Positions 49,046 to 58,191 of a DNA stretch of 64,000 bases are shown one piece after another. The stretch covers positions 38,638 to 102,637 of IMG/VR virus record IMGVR_UViG_3300037634_002953, one strand, 5' to 3'. The translations under genes and the position numbers were made by a program. The notes beneath the pieces are model-generated. The model saw only the letters and a program-made list of their open reading frames with translations, ran no database searches and was not told where the DNA came from. Positions within the stretch are counted from its first letter, which is position 1; the number at the start of each line of letters is the position of its first letter. The stretch comes from a virus (Duplodnaviria; Caudoviricetes).

Positions 49046-50692
49046 ATGTCGTGGAAAAAACATTTTACAAAGCATGAACCCCATAATGGAGTTCGTGCTA
49101 AAGCCAATAGGTGGCAAAGCTGGCTACCTGAAGTATATTCAGGCCAGCCAAATCGTGTTGAACGCTATTCACAATATGATCAGATGGATATGGATAGTGA
49201 AATCAATGCATGCTTAGACACTATTAGTGAGTTTGCAACTCAACTTGATTCTACAACAAACCTTCCATTTGGCATTAATTTTAAAGACGAAATGACTGAA
49301 AGTGAAATTAATAGTATAACTACTGCATTAAAACAGTGGTGTAATATTAATGATATGGAACGTAGAGTTTTTGGTTTGTTTCGATCAACAATAAAATATG
49401 GCGATCAGTTCTTTATTCGTGATCCTGAAACTTACAAGCTTATTTGGGTTGAACCAAGTGATGTAATTAAAGCAGTTGTTAACGAAAGTACTGGTAAAGA
49501 AATTGACCAATACATTATTAAGAATATTAACTTAAATCTTCAAGACTTAGTTGCTACTGACACTCGTAAAATGAATAACACTGCGACAACAGGCGCAGTA
49601 GTAAAAGCGCCACAGGAAAATGGTGCTGGTGTATACCAAGGTGGCGCTGCAAATATGACAGAATATGCTGTTGATGCAAAGCATGTTATTCACTTAGGTA
49701 TGACAGACGGAATGAATGCAGGTTGGCCATTTGGTAACAGTATACTTGAAAGTGTATTTAAAGTATACAAGCAAAAGGAATTATTAGAAGATAGTATCAT
49801 TATCTATCGTGTACAACGAGCTCCAGAACGCAGAGTATTTTACGTTGATGTTGGTAACATGCCAGCACATAAGGCAATGAGTTTTGTTGAGCGTGTTAAA
49901 AACGAAGTACACCAAACACGTATTCCAAATAAAACAGGCGGCGGCACAAATGTTATTGATGCAAGTTACAATCCACTATCTATTATGGAAGATTATTTCT
50001 TTGCACAGACTGCTGAAGGACGCGGATCAAAAGTTGAAGTATTACCAGGTGGTGATAATTTAGGTGATATTGATGATTTAAAATACTTTAATAATAAATT
50101 AATGCGTGGACTACGAGTACCAAGTAGTTATCTACCATCAGGACCAGATGATGGTACTGCAACTTATAATGATGGCAGAGTAGGCACAGCATTAATTCAA
50201 GAATTCCGCTTTAGTAAATATTGCGAAAGGTTACAACAAGTATTATTACCAGGCCTTGATAACGAATTTAAAATGTTTTTAAGTCATAAAGGTGTTAATA
50301 TTCCAGCTAATTTATTTGATCTTATATTTGCCGAACCACAAAGCTTTAGTCAATATCGTGAGATTGAAATAGATTCATCAAGAGCATCATTATTTGCTAA
50401 TCTAGATGGCGTTGATTATTTAAGTAAGCAATTTATTTTGCAAAAGTATTTAGGCTTAACTGAGCAAGAGATGAAACAAAATGAAATGCTTTGGAAAAAA
50501 GAAAATTCTGACACTGCAATGCCAAACGATAATATACGAAGTGATTTAGGTTCAGTTGGCTTACGTGGCGGCGACATTGAAGGTTTTGACCCAACTGATG
50601 TTGATGAGTTTGAAGATGAAGGCGGTGATGATCTTTCAGTAGATACCGCAGGTGAAAGTCCGCTTGGCGGAGAAACAGGAGAAACTGAATAA
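49046..50692 (+). CDS. gp20: Portal vertex protein, gp20-like
   Basis: LLEDSIIIYRVQRAPERRVFYVDVGNMP..KA, EDYFF....GRGS.V..LPGG.NLG.IDD. Confidence 0.95.
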   Translation: MSWKKHFTKHEPHNGVRAKANRWQSWLPEVYSGQPNRVERYSQYDQMDMDSEINACLDTISEFATQLDSTTNLPFGINFKDEMTESEINSITTALKQWCNINDMERRVFGLFRSTIKYGDQFFIRDPETYKLIWVEPSDVIKAVVNESTGKEIDQYIIKNINLNLQDLVATDTRKMNNTATTGAVVKAPQENGAGVYQGGAANMTEYAVDAKHVIHLGMTDGMNAGWPFGNSILESVFKVYKQKELLEDSIIIYRVQRAPERRVFYVDVGNMPAHKAMSFVERVKNEVHQTRIPNKTGGGTNVIDASYNPLSIMEDYFFAQTAEGRGSKVEVLPGGDNLGDIDDLKYFNNKLMRGLRVPSSYLPSGPDDGTATYNDGRVGTALIQEFRFSKYCERLQQVLLPGLDNEFKMFLSHKGVNIPANLFDLIFAEPQSFSQYREIEIDSSRASLFANLDGVDYLSKQFILQKYLGLTEQEMKQNEMLWKKENSDTAMPNDNIRSDLGSVGLRGGDIEGFDPTDVDEFEDEGGDDLSVDTAGESPLGGETGETE

Positions 50693-50886
50693 TGCGATTT
50701 AATGAATTAGCGCAAGATGGTCAAGATGATGAATATGGAAAATGGGATATAGATGATACCCGTAGACCTAGATTAACATTAAAGCATATTAATAAAATGC
50801 GAAATATTCGTGAATTACGAAAGCAGGAACATGCTAACGAAGTTGATGAATTTACGGTAATGTACGGATCACGAGATTCAGAGTAA
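50692..50886 (+). CDS. Small head-module protein
   Basis: TAATG-coupled to portal; DTRRPRLTL.HIN.MR motif. Confidence 0.6.
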   Translation: MRFNELAQDGQDDEYGKWDIDDTRRPRLTLKHINKMRNIRELRKQEHANEVDEFTVMYGSRDSE

Positions 50887-51023
50887 AGTAAGTATTTTAC
50901 CACCAAAAAATTATGATATGTATCAAAATTGCGGTTTTAACCGTATTTCGTTATGGTTAACACCAAGACATCTTAAATATAATTGTTATAACCTATTAAC
51001 CTACTTTATAAAGGAGATTTATC

Positions 51024-51788
51024 ATGAGTGCTCAAGATCGTTATACAAAGATCCTCGAGAGTTTAGTTAACGGAGATCAAGCAAATGCTTCAGATCTTTT
51101 ACACGAAGCTTTCGTTGAAAAAGCTCGCGAGATCTGGTCAGATCTTGTAGAGCAAGATGAAATCGAAGAAGATGAGGTTTCAGAAGAAGAATTAGAAGAA
51201 GCTATTAGCGGTGAAGAAGCTGATGACTTTTTAGATGACATCGAAACAGATGCAGACGAAATCGAAGCTGAAGAAGCTTTTGGTGAAGCTGAAGAAGATG
51301 ACGCAGAAATGGATATGGAAATGGATGCAGAAATGGAATTAGCTGGCGACGAAGATTTTGAATCTGATGAAGAACATGGCGACGTTGAAGACGCTATGAT
51401 TAATGTTGAAGATGCATTAAATGATTTAAAAGCAGAGTTTGCAAAGCTTATGGGCGATGAAGCAGACGAAGAAGCTGAAGAAGAATCAGAAGAATCAGAA
51501 GAAGAATTTGATGATGTTGTTGATGAATCAGAGTTTGAAGAACTTGACGAATCAGCAGAACTTACCAAAGTTGGCGTAGATATGCCAGCAGGAGATGACG
51601 GAAAAGCCTCACCAGTTAAAGATGCTGGTAACGATATGGCAAAACCTCACCCAACAGATACCACAAAAGAAGCAGGTAGTAAAACACCAGCCTCTGCTGA
51701 TATGAACGTAACACATCCAGGCGACGGCGCACAGCTATCACCTGAATCACGCGGTCATGGTGCTGAGAAAAAAGGTAAGGCAGAATAA
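51024..51788 (+). CDS. Highly acidic prohead core/scaffold-like protein
   Basis: E/D-rich, located between portal and protease; AAGGAG RBS. Confidence 0.65.
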   Translation: MSAQDRYTKILESLVNGDQANASDLLHEAFVEKAREIWSDLVEQDEIEEDEVSEEELEEAISGEEADDFLDDIETDADEIEAEEAFGEAEEDDAEMDMEMDAEMELAGDEDFESDEEHGDVEDAMINVEDALNDLKAEFAKLMGDEADEEAEEESEESEEEFDDVVDESEFEELDESAELTKVGVDMPAGDDGKASPVKDAGNDMAKPHPTDTTKEAGSKTPASADMNVTHPGDGAQLSPESRGHGAEKKGKAE

Positions 51789-51790
51789 AG

Positions 51791-52429
51791 ATGCGCAACC
51801 TACGAGAACAACTTTCATATGATCAAGCAAGTATTGTTACTGAGGCTATCGACGATGGCACTGGTGGCAAGAGCCTTTATATGGAAGGAATATTTGTTCA
51901 AGGTGACAAGCGAAATCAAAATCAACGTGTATATCCAGTATCAGAAATAGCTAGAGCTGTTAAGTCAGTTCAAGCTAAAATAGATGATGGATTCACGGTG
52001 TTAGGCGAAGCAGACCATCCGGAAGATCTACAAGTAAACATCGATCGTGTATCACACAAGATTGAACGCATGTGGATGAACGGAGCAGATGGTTACGGTC
52101 GTCTTAAAATTTTACCTACACCATTAGGGAATATTTGTAAAACTTTATTGGAAAATGGTGTAAAATTAGGTGTATCATCACGTGGTAGTGGTAATGTAAA
52201 TGAAAGTGGTAATGTTTCAGAATTTGAAATTCAAACAGTTGATATTGTTGCGAATCCAAGTGCTCCTGAAGCATATCCAGACCCAATATATGAAGCTATT
52301 ATGAATAGTAAACGCGGAAATATCTTAATGGATGTTGCATTGGCTACTAATCATGATGATGTTGCACAAAGGTACTTGCAAGAAGAAGTACTTAGATTTA
52401 TTAATAACTTAGATATTAGGAGAAGATAA
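51791..52429 (+). CDS. gp21: Prohead core protease, gp21-like
   Basis: LYMEGIF.QG...NQNQRVYP, LGEADHP, RVSH, LGVSSRG.G, DIVA.PSAP.AY. Confidence 0.95.
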   Translation: MRNLREQLSYDQASIVTEAIDDGTGGKSLYMEGIFVQGDKRNQNQRVYPVSEIARAVKSVQAKIDDGFTVLGEADHPEDLQVNIDRVSHKIERMWMNGADGYGRLKILPTPLGNICKTLLENGVKLGVSSRGSGNVNESGNVSEFEIQTVDIVANPSAPEAYPDPIYEAIMNSKRGNILMDVALATNHDDVAQRYLQEEVLRFINNLDIRRR

Positions 52430-52432
52430 AGA

Positions 52433-53527
52433 ATGGCACATGCAATCGAACAACTCCTAAGTTCAGAAGTTTTAAGTGAAGAAGTACGTACTACACTTTC
52501 AGAAGCTTGGGAAACCAAACTTAGTGAAGCACGTGAAGAAATCACTGCAGAACTACGCGAAGAGTTTGCAAATCGTTATGACACAGACAAGCAGCAAATG
52601 GTGGAAGCACTAGATGCAATGCTGACTGATACGATTAAAACAGAACTTGTAGAATTTGCAGAAGATAAAAAGGCAGCAGTTGAATCAAAGGTTGAATATC
52701 AACGTAAGATTAAAGAACATGCTGCCCTTCTTGATCAATTCGTAATGGAAACTTTGCAACGTGAAATTGCAGAATTACGTGATGATCGTCAACTTCAAGA
52801 ATCAAACTTCGTGAAGTTAGAAGACTTTGTTATGGAGCAACTAACTTCAGAACTTAACGAATTCCATGACGACAAGCAAGAACTTATTGCTGAAAAAGTT
52901 CGTCTAGTGAAAGAAGGAAAGCAGATGATTGCCGAAACTAAGCGTGAATTTATTTCTAAAGCTAGTGCTAAGTTAGCTGGTATTGTTGAAACAACATTAA
53001 CCAGTGAACTTGGAACACTTAAAGAAGATATTCAAACTGCAAAAGAAAATATGTTTGGTCGTAAGATCTTTGAAACATTTGCAGCAGAATTCATGGGTTC
53101 ACACCTAGCAGAAGGCACAACCGTTTCTAAGCTATCAACGGAGATACTTGATATTAAAGCTCAGCTTGCTGAAGCACAACAGATAGTATCTGAAAAGGAA
53201 AATTTAATTGAATCAGCCAACAAAAAAGCATCACGTGTTGCGGAAGCAACATCACGTAAAGCTAAAATGGATGAACTTTTAAGCCCCTTAGCAAAAGATA
53301 AACGTGAGTTAATGGCGAATTTACTTGAGTCAGTTGCAACATCAAAATTGCAAACTGCATTTAATAAGTATATACCAACAGTGTTAAATGAATCAGTAAA
53401 AACACATAAACCTCACACATTAACAGAATCTCAGACGACTGAGGTTACAGGTAACAAGGCTAGCACACAGACATCTGAAAGCGATGCCGAAATTATTAAC
53501 CTAAAAAAATTAGCTGGTATCAATTAA
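52433..53527 (+). CDS. gp22: Prohead scaffolding protein, gp22-like
   Basis: Coiled-coil, E-rich, between protease and capsid; ends LKKLAGI. Confidence 0.85.
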   Translation: MAHAIEQLLSSEVLSEEVRTTLSEAWETKLSEAREEITAELREEFANRYDTDKQQMVEALDAMLTDTIKTELVEFAEDKKAAVESKVEYQRKIKEHAALLDQFVMETLQREIAELRDDRQLQESNFVKLEDFVMEQLTSELNEFHDDKQELIAEKVRLVKEGKQMIAETKREFISKASAKLAGIVETTLTSELGTLKEDIQTAKENMFGRKIFETFAAEFMGSHLAEGTTVSKLSTEILDIKAQLAEAQQIVSEKENLIESANKKASRVAEATSRKAKMDELLSPLAKDKRELMANLLESVATSKLQTAFNKYIPTVLNESVKTHKPHTLTESQTTEVTGNKASTQTSESDAEIINLKKLAGIN

Positions 53528-53546
53528 AATAAAGGAGAATACCAAA

Positions 53547-54710
53547 ATGTCACAAAACCTATTTGAAAACTGGGACGTAACAAAAGGCGCCCTTACAGAT
53601 GGTCTAGAAGGCAACAAAAAGGTGGTAATGGAATCAGTTCTTGAAAACACTAAGAGCTATCTTTCAGAAACCGCAGCCTCAGGCTCAACAATGGCAGGTA
53701 ACGTTGCTACACTAAACAAAGTTATCCTTCCAGTAATCCGTCGTGTAATGCCGACAGTAATTGCAAACGAATTAGTAGGCGTACAGCCTATGACTGGTCC
53801 AGTAGGACAAATTCACACTCTACGTGTACGTTACAGCGAAACAGCTGGTGGCGTAGCAGCAGGTGATGAAGCACTTAGCCCATTTGCTATCGCAAAAGGC
53901 TATTCAGGTGATGCTGCAACAGGTGGCGCAACTTCAACTTCAAGTCTTGAAGCAGAAGCTGGCCGTAAGCTTTCAATCCAAGTATTGAAGCAGACTGTTG
54001 AAGCTAAAACTCGTAAGCTATCAGCACGTTGGACTTTTGAAGCAGCACAAGATGCTAATTCAATGCATGGTCTGGACGTTGAAGCAGAAATTATGCAAGC
54101 ACTTGCACAAGAAATTACTGCTGAAATCGACCAAGAAGTTTTAACTTCTCTACGTAACCTAGCTGGCGTAGCTACTGACACATATGACCAAGGTAACTTA
54201 TCTGGTCAAGCTACATTCGTAGGTGATCAACACGCAGCTCTAGCGGTTCTAATCAACCGTGCAGCAAACCTAATCGCTACACGTACACGTCGTGGCGCAG
54301 GTAACTATGTTGTTGTATCTCCAACAATGCTAACAGTACTACAATCAGCGACTACATCAGCATTTGCTCGTACAACTGAAGGTCCTTTCGAAGCTCCTAC
54401 TAACACTAAGTTTGTTGGTACATTGAACAACACAATGAAAGTATTCGTTGACCAGTATGCAGCAGACGATGCTCCAATTCTTGTTGGTTATAAAGGCGAT
54501 GGCGAAATGGATGCAGCAGCATTCTACTGCCCATACGTTCCACTAATGAGTTCTGGTACTGTACTAGATCCAAATACATTCGAACCAGTTGTGTCATTCA
54601 TGACTCGTTACGGATATGTTGAACTTAACAACCAAGCTTCATCTCTAGGTAACGCAGCAGATTACTTAGCGAAGATTGGCGTTGATTCAGCGGCACTATC
54701 TTTCCAATAA
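53547..54710 (+). CDS. gp23: Major capsid protein, gp23-like
   Basis: IRRVMP..IA.ELVGVQPMTGP.GQI, V.AKTRKL.A.WT.E.AQD, EI..EID, FYCPY.PL, TRYG. Confidence 0.96.
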   Translation: MSQNLFENWDVTKGALTDGLEGNKKVVMESVLENTKSYLSETAASGSTMAGNVATLNKVILPVIRRVMPTVIANELVGVQPMTGPVGQIHTLRVRYSETAGGVAAGDEALSPFAIAKGYSGDAATGGATSTSSLEAEAGRKLSIQVLKQTVEAKTRKLSARWTFEAAQDANSMHGLDVEAEIMQALAQEITAEIDQEVLTSLRNLAGVATDTYDQGNLSGQATFVGDQHAALAVLINRAANLIATRTRRGAGNYVVVSPTMLTVLQSATTSAFARTTEGPFEAPTNTKFVGTLNNTMKVFVDQYAADDAPILVGYKGDGEMDAAAFYCPYVPLMSSGTVLDPNTFEPVVSFMTRYGYVELNNQASSLGNAADYLAKIGVDSAALSFQ

Positions 54711-54733
54711 GAACTTCTTATTAGATTAAAAAC

Positions 54734-54761
54734 AAAAACAGGGCTTTAGCCCTGTTTTTTT
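54734..54761 (+). terminator. Intrinsic terminator after the capsid gene
   Basis: AAAAACAGGGC-TTTA-GCCCTGTTTTTTT. Confidence 0.9.
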
Positions 54762-54772
54762 ATGAATAAACG

Positions 54773-54801
54773 TTGACAAAAGTAAGACACTTTGCTATAC
54801 T
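54773..54801 (+). promoter_or_regulatory. Strong sigma70-type (early) promoter
   Basis: TTGACA-N17-TATACT with extended -10 TG. Confidence 0.85.
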
Positions 54802-54836
54802 TAATAAGTAAGTTAATTAAAGCGCGAGAAGTTATT

Positions 54837-55046
54837 ATGATTAAGCCATCTGATTACAAAGCAATCTCATTTTGGGGGAACTGCCTAGGTTCTTTTAGTT
54901 CTTATATAAAACAGGAGCAATATAAAGCCGTCGTAGACAACGCGCCATTAAATGCAATCTATAAACGCAATAATGATTGGGTTACATTGAATGATGTAAC
55001 AAACGAATCTATTATTTCAGAAGCTAAAATACTTGGATTAATGTAA
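54837..55046 (+). CDS. Small hypothetical protein
   Basis: Start set at ATG 54837, downstream of the promoter. Confidence 0.55.
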   Translation: MIKPSDYKAISFWGNCLGSFSSYIKQEQYKAVVDNAPLNAIYKRNNDWVTLNDVTNESIISEAKILGLM

Positions 55047-55057
55047 GGGAGATTATC

Positions 55058-55441
55058 ATGGGAACTCGTAGTAATATTGTAAAAGTGTTAAATGATGGAT
55101 CAGTTAATGTAATTTATTGTCACTGGGATGGTTATGTCGCAGGTGTAGGCCAAGCCCTGCTTGATAATTATAATACTGACAGTAAAGTTAGTGATCTTAT
55201 TGCCCTTGGTGATATGAGTAGTATCTCTCCTGAGATTGCATATGATCGTGATCGTGGTGAAAGCAATTGTGCAGCTTCTAAATATGATAGCTTACATGAA
55301 TATCTAGACACTCTAGTTGATGATATTATGATTGAGTATGTTTATGTATTTGAGAATAATGAATGGTCAGTTTATAGTGATGATCTTGTTGTATCACCAG
55401 TCCGTTTAACTAGTACAGAAACCTATAGGACGACAGCATAA
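55058..55441 (+). CDS. Phage hypothetical protein (MGTRS...IYCHWDGY type)
   Basis: Recognisable recurrent phage motif; GGGAG RBS. Confidence 0.65.
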   Translation: MGTRSNIVKVLNDGSVNVIYCHWDGYVAGVGQALLDNYNTDSKVSDLIALGDMSSISPEIAYDRDRGESNCAASKYDSLHEYLDTLVDDIMIEYVYVFENNEWSVYSDDLVVSPVRLTSTETYRTTA

Positions 55442-55626
55442 TGAAACATATACTATTTCCAAAACGGTCTAAATTTAAAGCCTGGGTAACCCGTAAATGG
55501 GAAGAACATAACTACGAAGTTCGTTTGTTTGAACGCCGCCCAGTTAAACGATCTCAAGAACAATGGTTTAATGATAATAAATGGTTTCTTAAAACCGAAT
55601 ATAAAAAAGCAAGAAACCGCTATTAA
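55441..55626 (+). CDS. Small basic hypothetical protein
   Basis: TAATG coupling to the upstream gene. Confidence 0.55.
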   Translation: MKHILFPKRSKFKAWVTRKWEEHNYEVRLFERRPVKRSQEQWFNDNKWFLKTEYKKARNRY

Positions 55627-55637
55627 AAAAGGAATAA

Positions 55638-55835
55638 ATGATGGGTTGGTGGAATAAATTAATCCGTGACTACATTACTGACTATCCTAAAGTGACACGG
55701 GTAGAAGTGATTAGTAACGGACGTGACTACGCACGTGAATATGTGAAATATAATGTTCGAAATGTTCAAATTACTGAACAAGACGGCGGCAGGACTTTAA
55801 AAATATTTTTAGATCATGATACTAACAATGAATAA
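55638..55835 (+). CDS. Small hypothetical protein
   Basis: AAGGA RBS; KVTRVEVI...QDGGRTLKIF. Confidence 0.6.
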   Translation: MMGWWNKLIRDYITDYPKVTRVEVISNGRDYAREYVKYNVRNVQITEQDGGRTLKIFLDHDTNNE

Positions 55836-56964
55836 AATTGGACCGATATTTAAACGCGACACACTTGGTAATATTCGCTCATGGGCAGCAGAAACCAGCA
55901 ATGATGGTGCTTGGCGAGTAACAACTGGAATCATTGATGGCAAAAAAGTCATATCTGATTGGAAATATGTAACAGCAAAGAACATTGGCCGGAGTAATGA
56001 ACGTGATATTCATGCACAGGCGTTATTTGAAGCTAATGCTGAATATAATAAGAAATTAGAGAAGGGTTATTTTACAGACACCCTTAAGATTGATACATAC
56101 GATAAGTTCAAGCCAATGTTGGCTAATGATTATGCAAAGTTAAAGAAGCCACTTGAATATCCTGTGATTTCGCAACCTAAGCTTGATGGAATTCGCTGCA
56201 TAGCCCGCGCAGATGGTTTATGGACAAGAGCTGGCAAGCCACATGTAGCAGTTCCGCATATTTGGGAAGCATTAAAACCTTTCTTTGAACATTTCCCAGA
56301 TATAATTCTTGATGGTGAATTATACAATCATGATCTTAGGGATGATTTTAATACAATTACATCTACAGTACGCAAGACAAAACCAACTAAGGCGGATCTG
56401 ATAAAGTCAGAACAACTGGTTCAATATCACGTTTATGACTGTTTCGATCCATATGTACCAGAATGGGGTCTCAAAAATCGACGAGCATTTCTATATAGTA
56501 AAGCAGATTTGCGCGGATATTGTAATACAGCGTCGGAAGATTATGTTCAATTAGTCCCTAATGTAATAACTGAAAATGACCAAGAGCTTAATGATCACTA
56601 TTCTGCGTACATTGGGTTAGGGTATGAAGGTCAAATGATCCGAATTGAAGGTAGTGAATATCAGAAAAAGCGCAGTAAGTTTCTTCTGAAACGAAAAGAA
56701 TTTATTACAGAAGAATACAAAGTAATTGGAGTAGAGGAAGGATTAGGTAACTGGAGTGGCGCAGTCAAAAGATTTAAATTAATTGATTCTGGTGGTAACC
56801 ATTTTAGTGCAGGTGTCCGCGGTTCTTTTAACGAGTTAGCCCAATTGCTTGAATGTGACGTATATCCAGAATGGTGTACGTTACGATATTTTGAATTAAC
56901 TCCTGATGGTATACCTCGATTCCCAGTGGTGATAGATTGGGGCTGGGGTGAACGTACAGATTAA
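55816..56964 (+). CDS. lig: ATP-dependent DNA ligase
   Basis: QPKLDGIRC (motif I), LDGELY, YHVYD, EGQMIR, LLKRK, PRFP; true start may be ATG 55828. Confidence 0.92.
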   Translation: MILTMNKIGPIFKRDTLGNIRSWAAETSNDGAWRVTTGIIDGKKVISDWKYVTAKNIGRSNERDIHAQALFEANAEYNKKLEKGYFTDTLKIDTYDKFKPMLANDYAKLKKPLEYPVISQPKLDGIRCIARADGLWTRAGKPHVAVPHIWEALKPFFEHFPDIILDGELYNHDLRDDFNTITSTVRKTKPTKADLIKSEQLVQYHVYDCFDPYVPEWGLKNRRAFLYSKADLRGYCNTASEDYVQLVPNVITENDQELNDHYSAYIGLGYEGQMIRIEGSEYQKKRSKFLLKRKEFITEEYKVIGVEEGLGNWSGAVKRFKLIDSGGNHFSAGVRGSFNELAQLLECDVYPEWCTLRYFELTPDGIPRFPVVIDWGWGERTD

Positions 56965-56992
56965 ATTATATGGTACGTTTATGGTTTAATAT

Positions 56993-57000
56993 GATAAATA
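56993..57000 (+). promoter_or_regulatory. gp55-type late promoter (GATAAATA)
   Basis: Upstream of structural gene 57037, with GGAG RBS. Confidence 0.55.
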
Positions 57001-57036
57001 CATATGTAAATTTATTAAACGGAGATAAACACGAAC

Positions 57037-58191
57037 ATGGCTTCAGTAATTAGTCCAGACTCAACTCAATTGCATATATTAGGTGCAGTTGATATTTCAA
57101 ATGACTTAGATGTTAGCAACGACTTAGATGTTGGCAACGACTTGAACGTCGGCGGTGATATAGATGTTACTGGCCCTGCCACGTTTAGCGGAAAAATAAA
57201 TTCAACAAATTCAAGTAGTATTAATTTAGTAACACCAACATATGGTGACGGAGCTATAAACGTAACTGGCGGTGTATATATAGGCGGTGATATATATGTA
57301 GATGGTAGTATTGTCGCAAATGGTGATATTATTACCTTTGGCAACACAGGTGCAACTATTGTATTTGATTCGGAAATTTCAAGTGATCTTGTTCCATCGG
57401 CGGATATAACATATGATTTAGGTTCTCCTTCAAAACGCTGGAAAGACTTGTATCTGGATGGAGCGACTATCTATCTAGGTGATATGACACTTTCAAAAGA
57501 TTCCAATACTGGCAGATTGAAAATGAATGGCGAAGAAATAGCGCCACGGTCTGAAATAGAGCAAGTTAAACAAGAACATATAATAACAAAAGCGGAATTT
57601 GAATCATTTAGAGCAGCACCTGGCAATGGCGCAAACGCAGGTAAAATTAATGGATTAACGGATGTTAGTACAATAGGTGCAACAAACGGACAGGCATTAA
57701 TATTTAATAGTGCAACCGATACATGGGAACCAGCTGATGTTTTTGCAAATACTGGGTCAACATCATCTGGATCAACATCATCTGGATCAACATCATCTGG
57801 ATCAACAGGAAGTCTAGGTAGAACGACAATAACTCACACAACTGCGACATTGGCTGACGATACAACAACATATGATATGTTCACTGGTGCAATAACGTAT
57901 GCATTATTGTCTATAGGAGTATCACATGCTTCTTGGGTTAGAATATACAGTTCCGCCACGGCTATGACCGCAGATTCTTCTAGACCAGAAACATTAGATC
58001 CAGATCCAGGTGATGGAGTATTAGCAGAAGTTATCACATCAGGTGCAAGTATAGTTAAGTTTACTCCTGCTGCTATTTGTTGGAATGATGACACCCCCCC
58101 AACTGGCAATGTTTATATTGCAATAACAAATAAATCAGGAACATCAACGCAAATTCAGATAGACATGAATATTCTTGAAATGGAGATATAA
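57037..58191 (+). CDS. Fibre-like virion structural protein
   Basis: Beta-repeat N-terminus, P.AD.TYDLGS..KRWKDLYL, LTDV....ATNGQAL.FN....W.P repeat, Ser/Thr linker. Confidence 0.65.
   Translation: MASVISPDSTQLHILGAVDISNDLDVSNDLDVGNDLNVGGDIDVTGPATFSGKINSTNSSSINLVTPTYGDGAINVTGGVYIGGDIYVDGSIVANGDIITFGNTGATIVFDSEISSDLVPSADITYDLGSPSKRWKDLYLDGATIYLGDMTLSKDSNTGRLKMNGEEIAPRSEIEQVKQEHIITKAEFESFRAAPGNGANAGKINGLTDVSTIGATNGQALIFNSATDTWEPADVFANTGSTSSGSTSSGSTSSGSTGSLGRTTITHTTATLADDTTTYDMFTGAITYALLSIGVSHASWVRIYSSATAMTADSSRPETLDPDPGDGVLAEVITSGASIVKFTPAAICWNDDTPPTGNVYIAITNKSGTSTQIQIDMNILEMEI
57757..57807 (+). repeat. 15-bp tandem repeat (TCAACATCATCTGGA x3.4) encoding STSSG
   Basis: Exact units at 57757, 57772 and 57787, plus a partial copy. 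Confidence 0.9.

Noticed and set aside
51150-51560. GAA/GAT-rich low-complexity DNA as a repeat element
   Set aside because: Explained by the E/D-rich coding sequence of the acidic core protein.
14304-56964. Inteins in the giant wedge protein, gp46, portal or ligase
   Set aside because: No C-start/HN-end splice motifs or LAGLIDADG blocks seen; the enzymes are of normal length.
57100-57153. 18-bp imperfect tandem repeat
   Set aside because: It encodes ordinary NDLDV(S/G) beta-repeats of a fibre protein.
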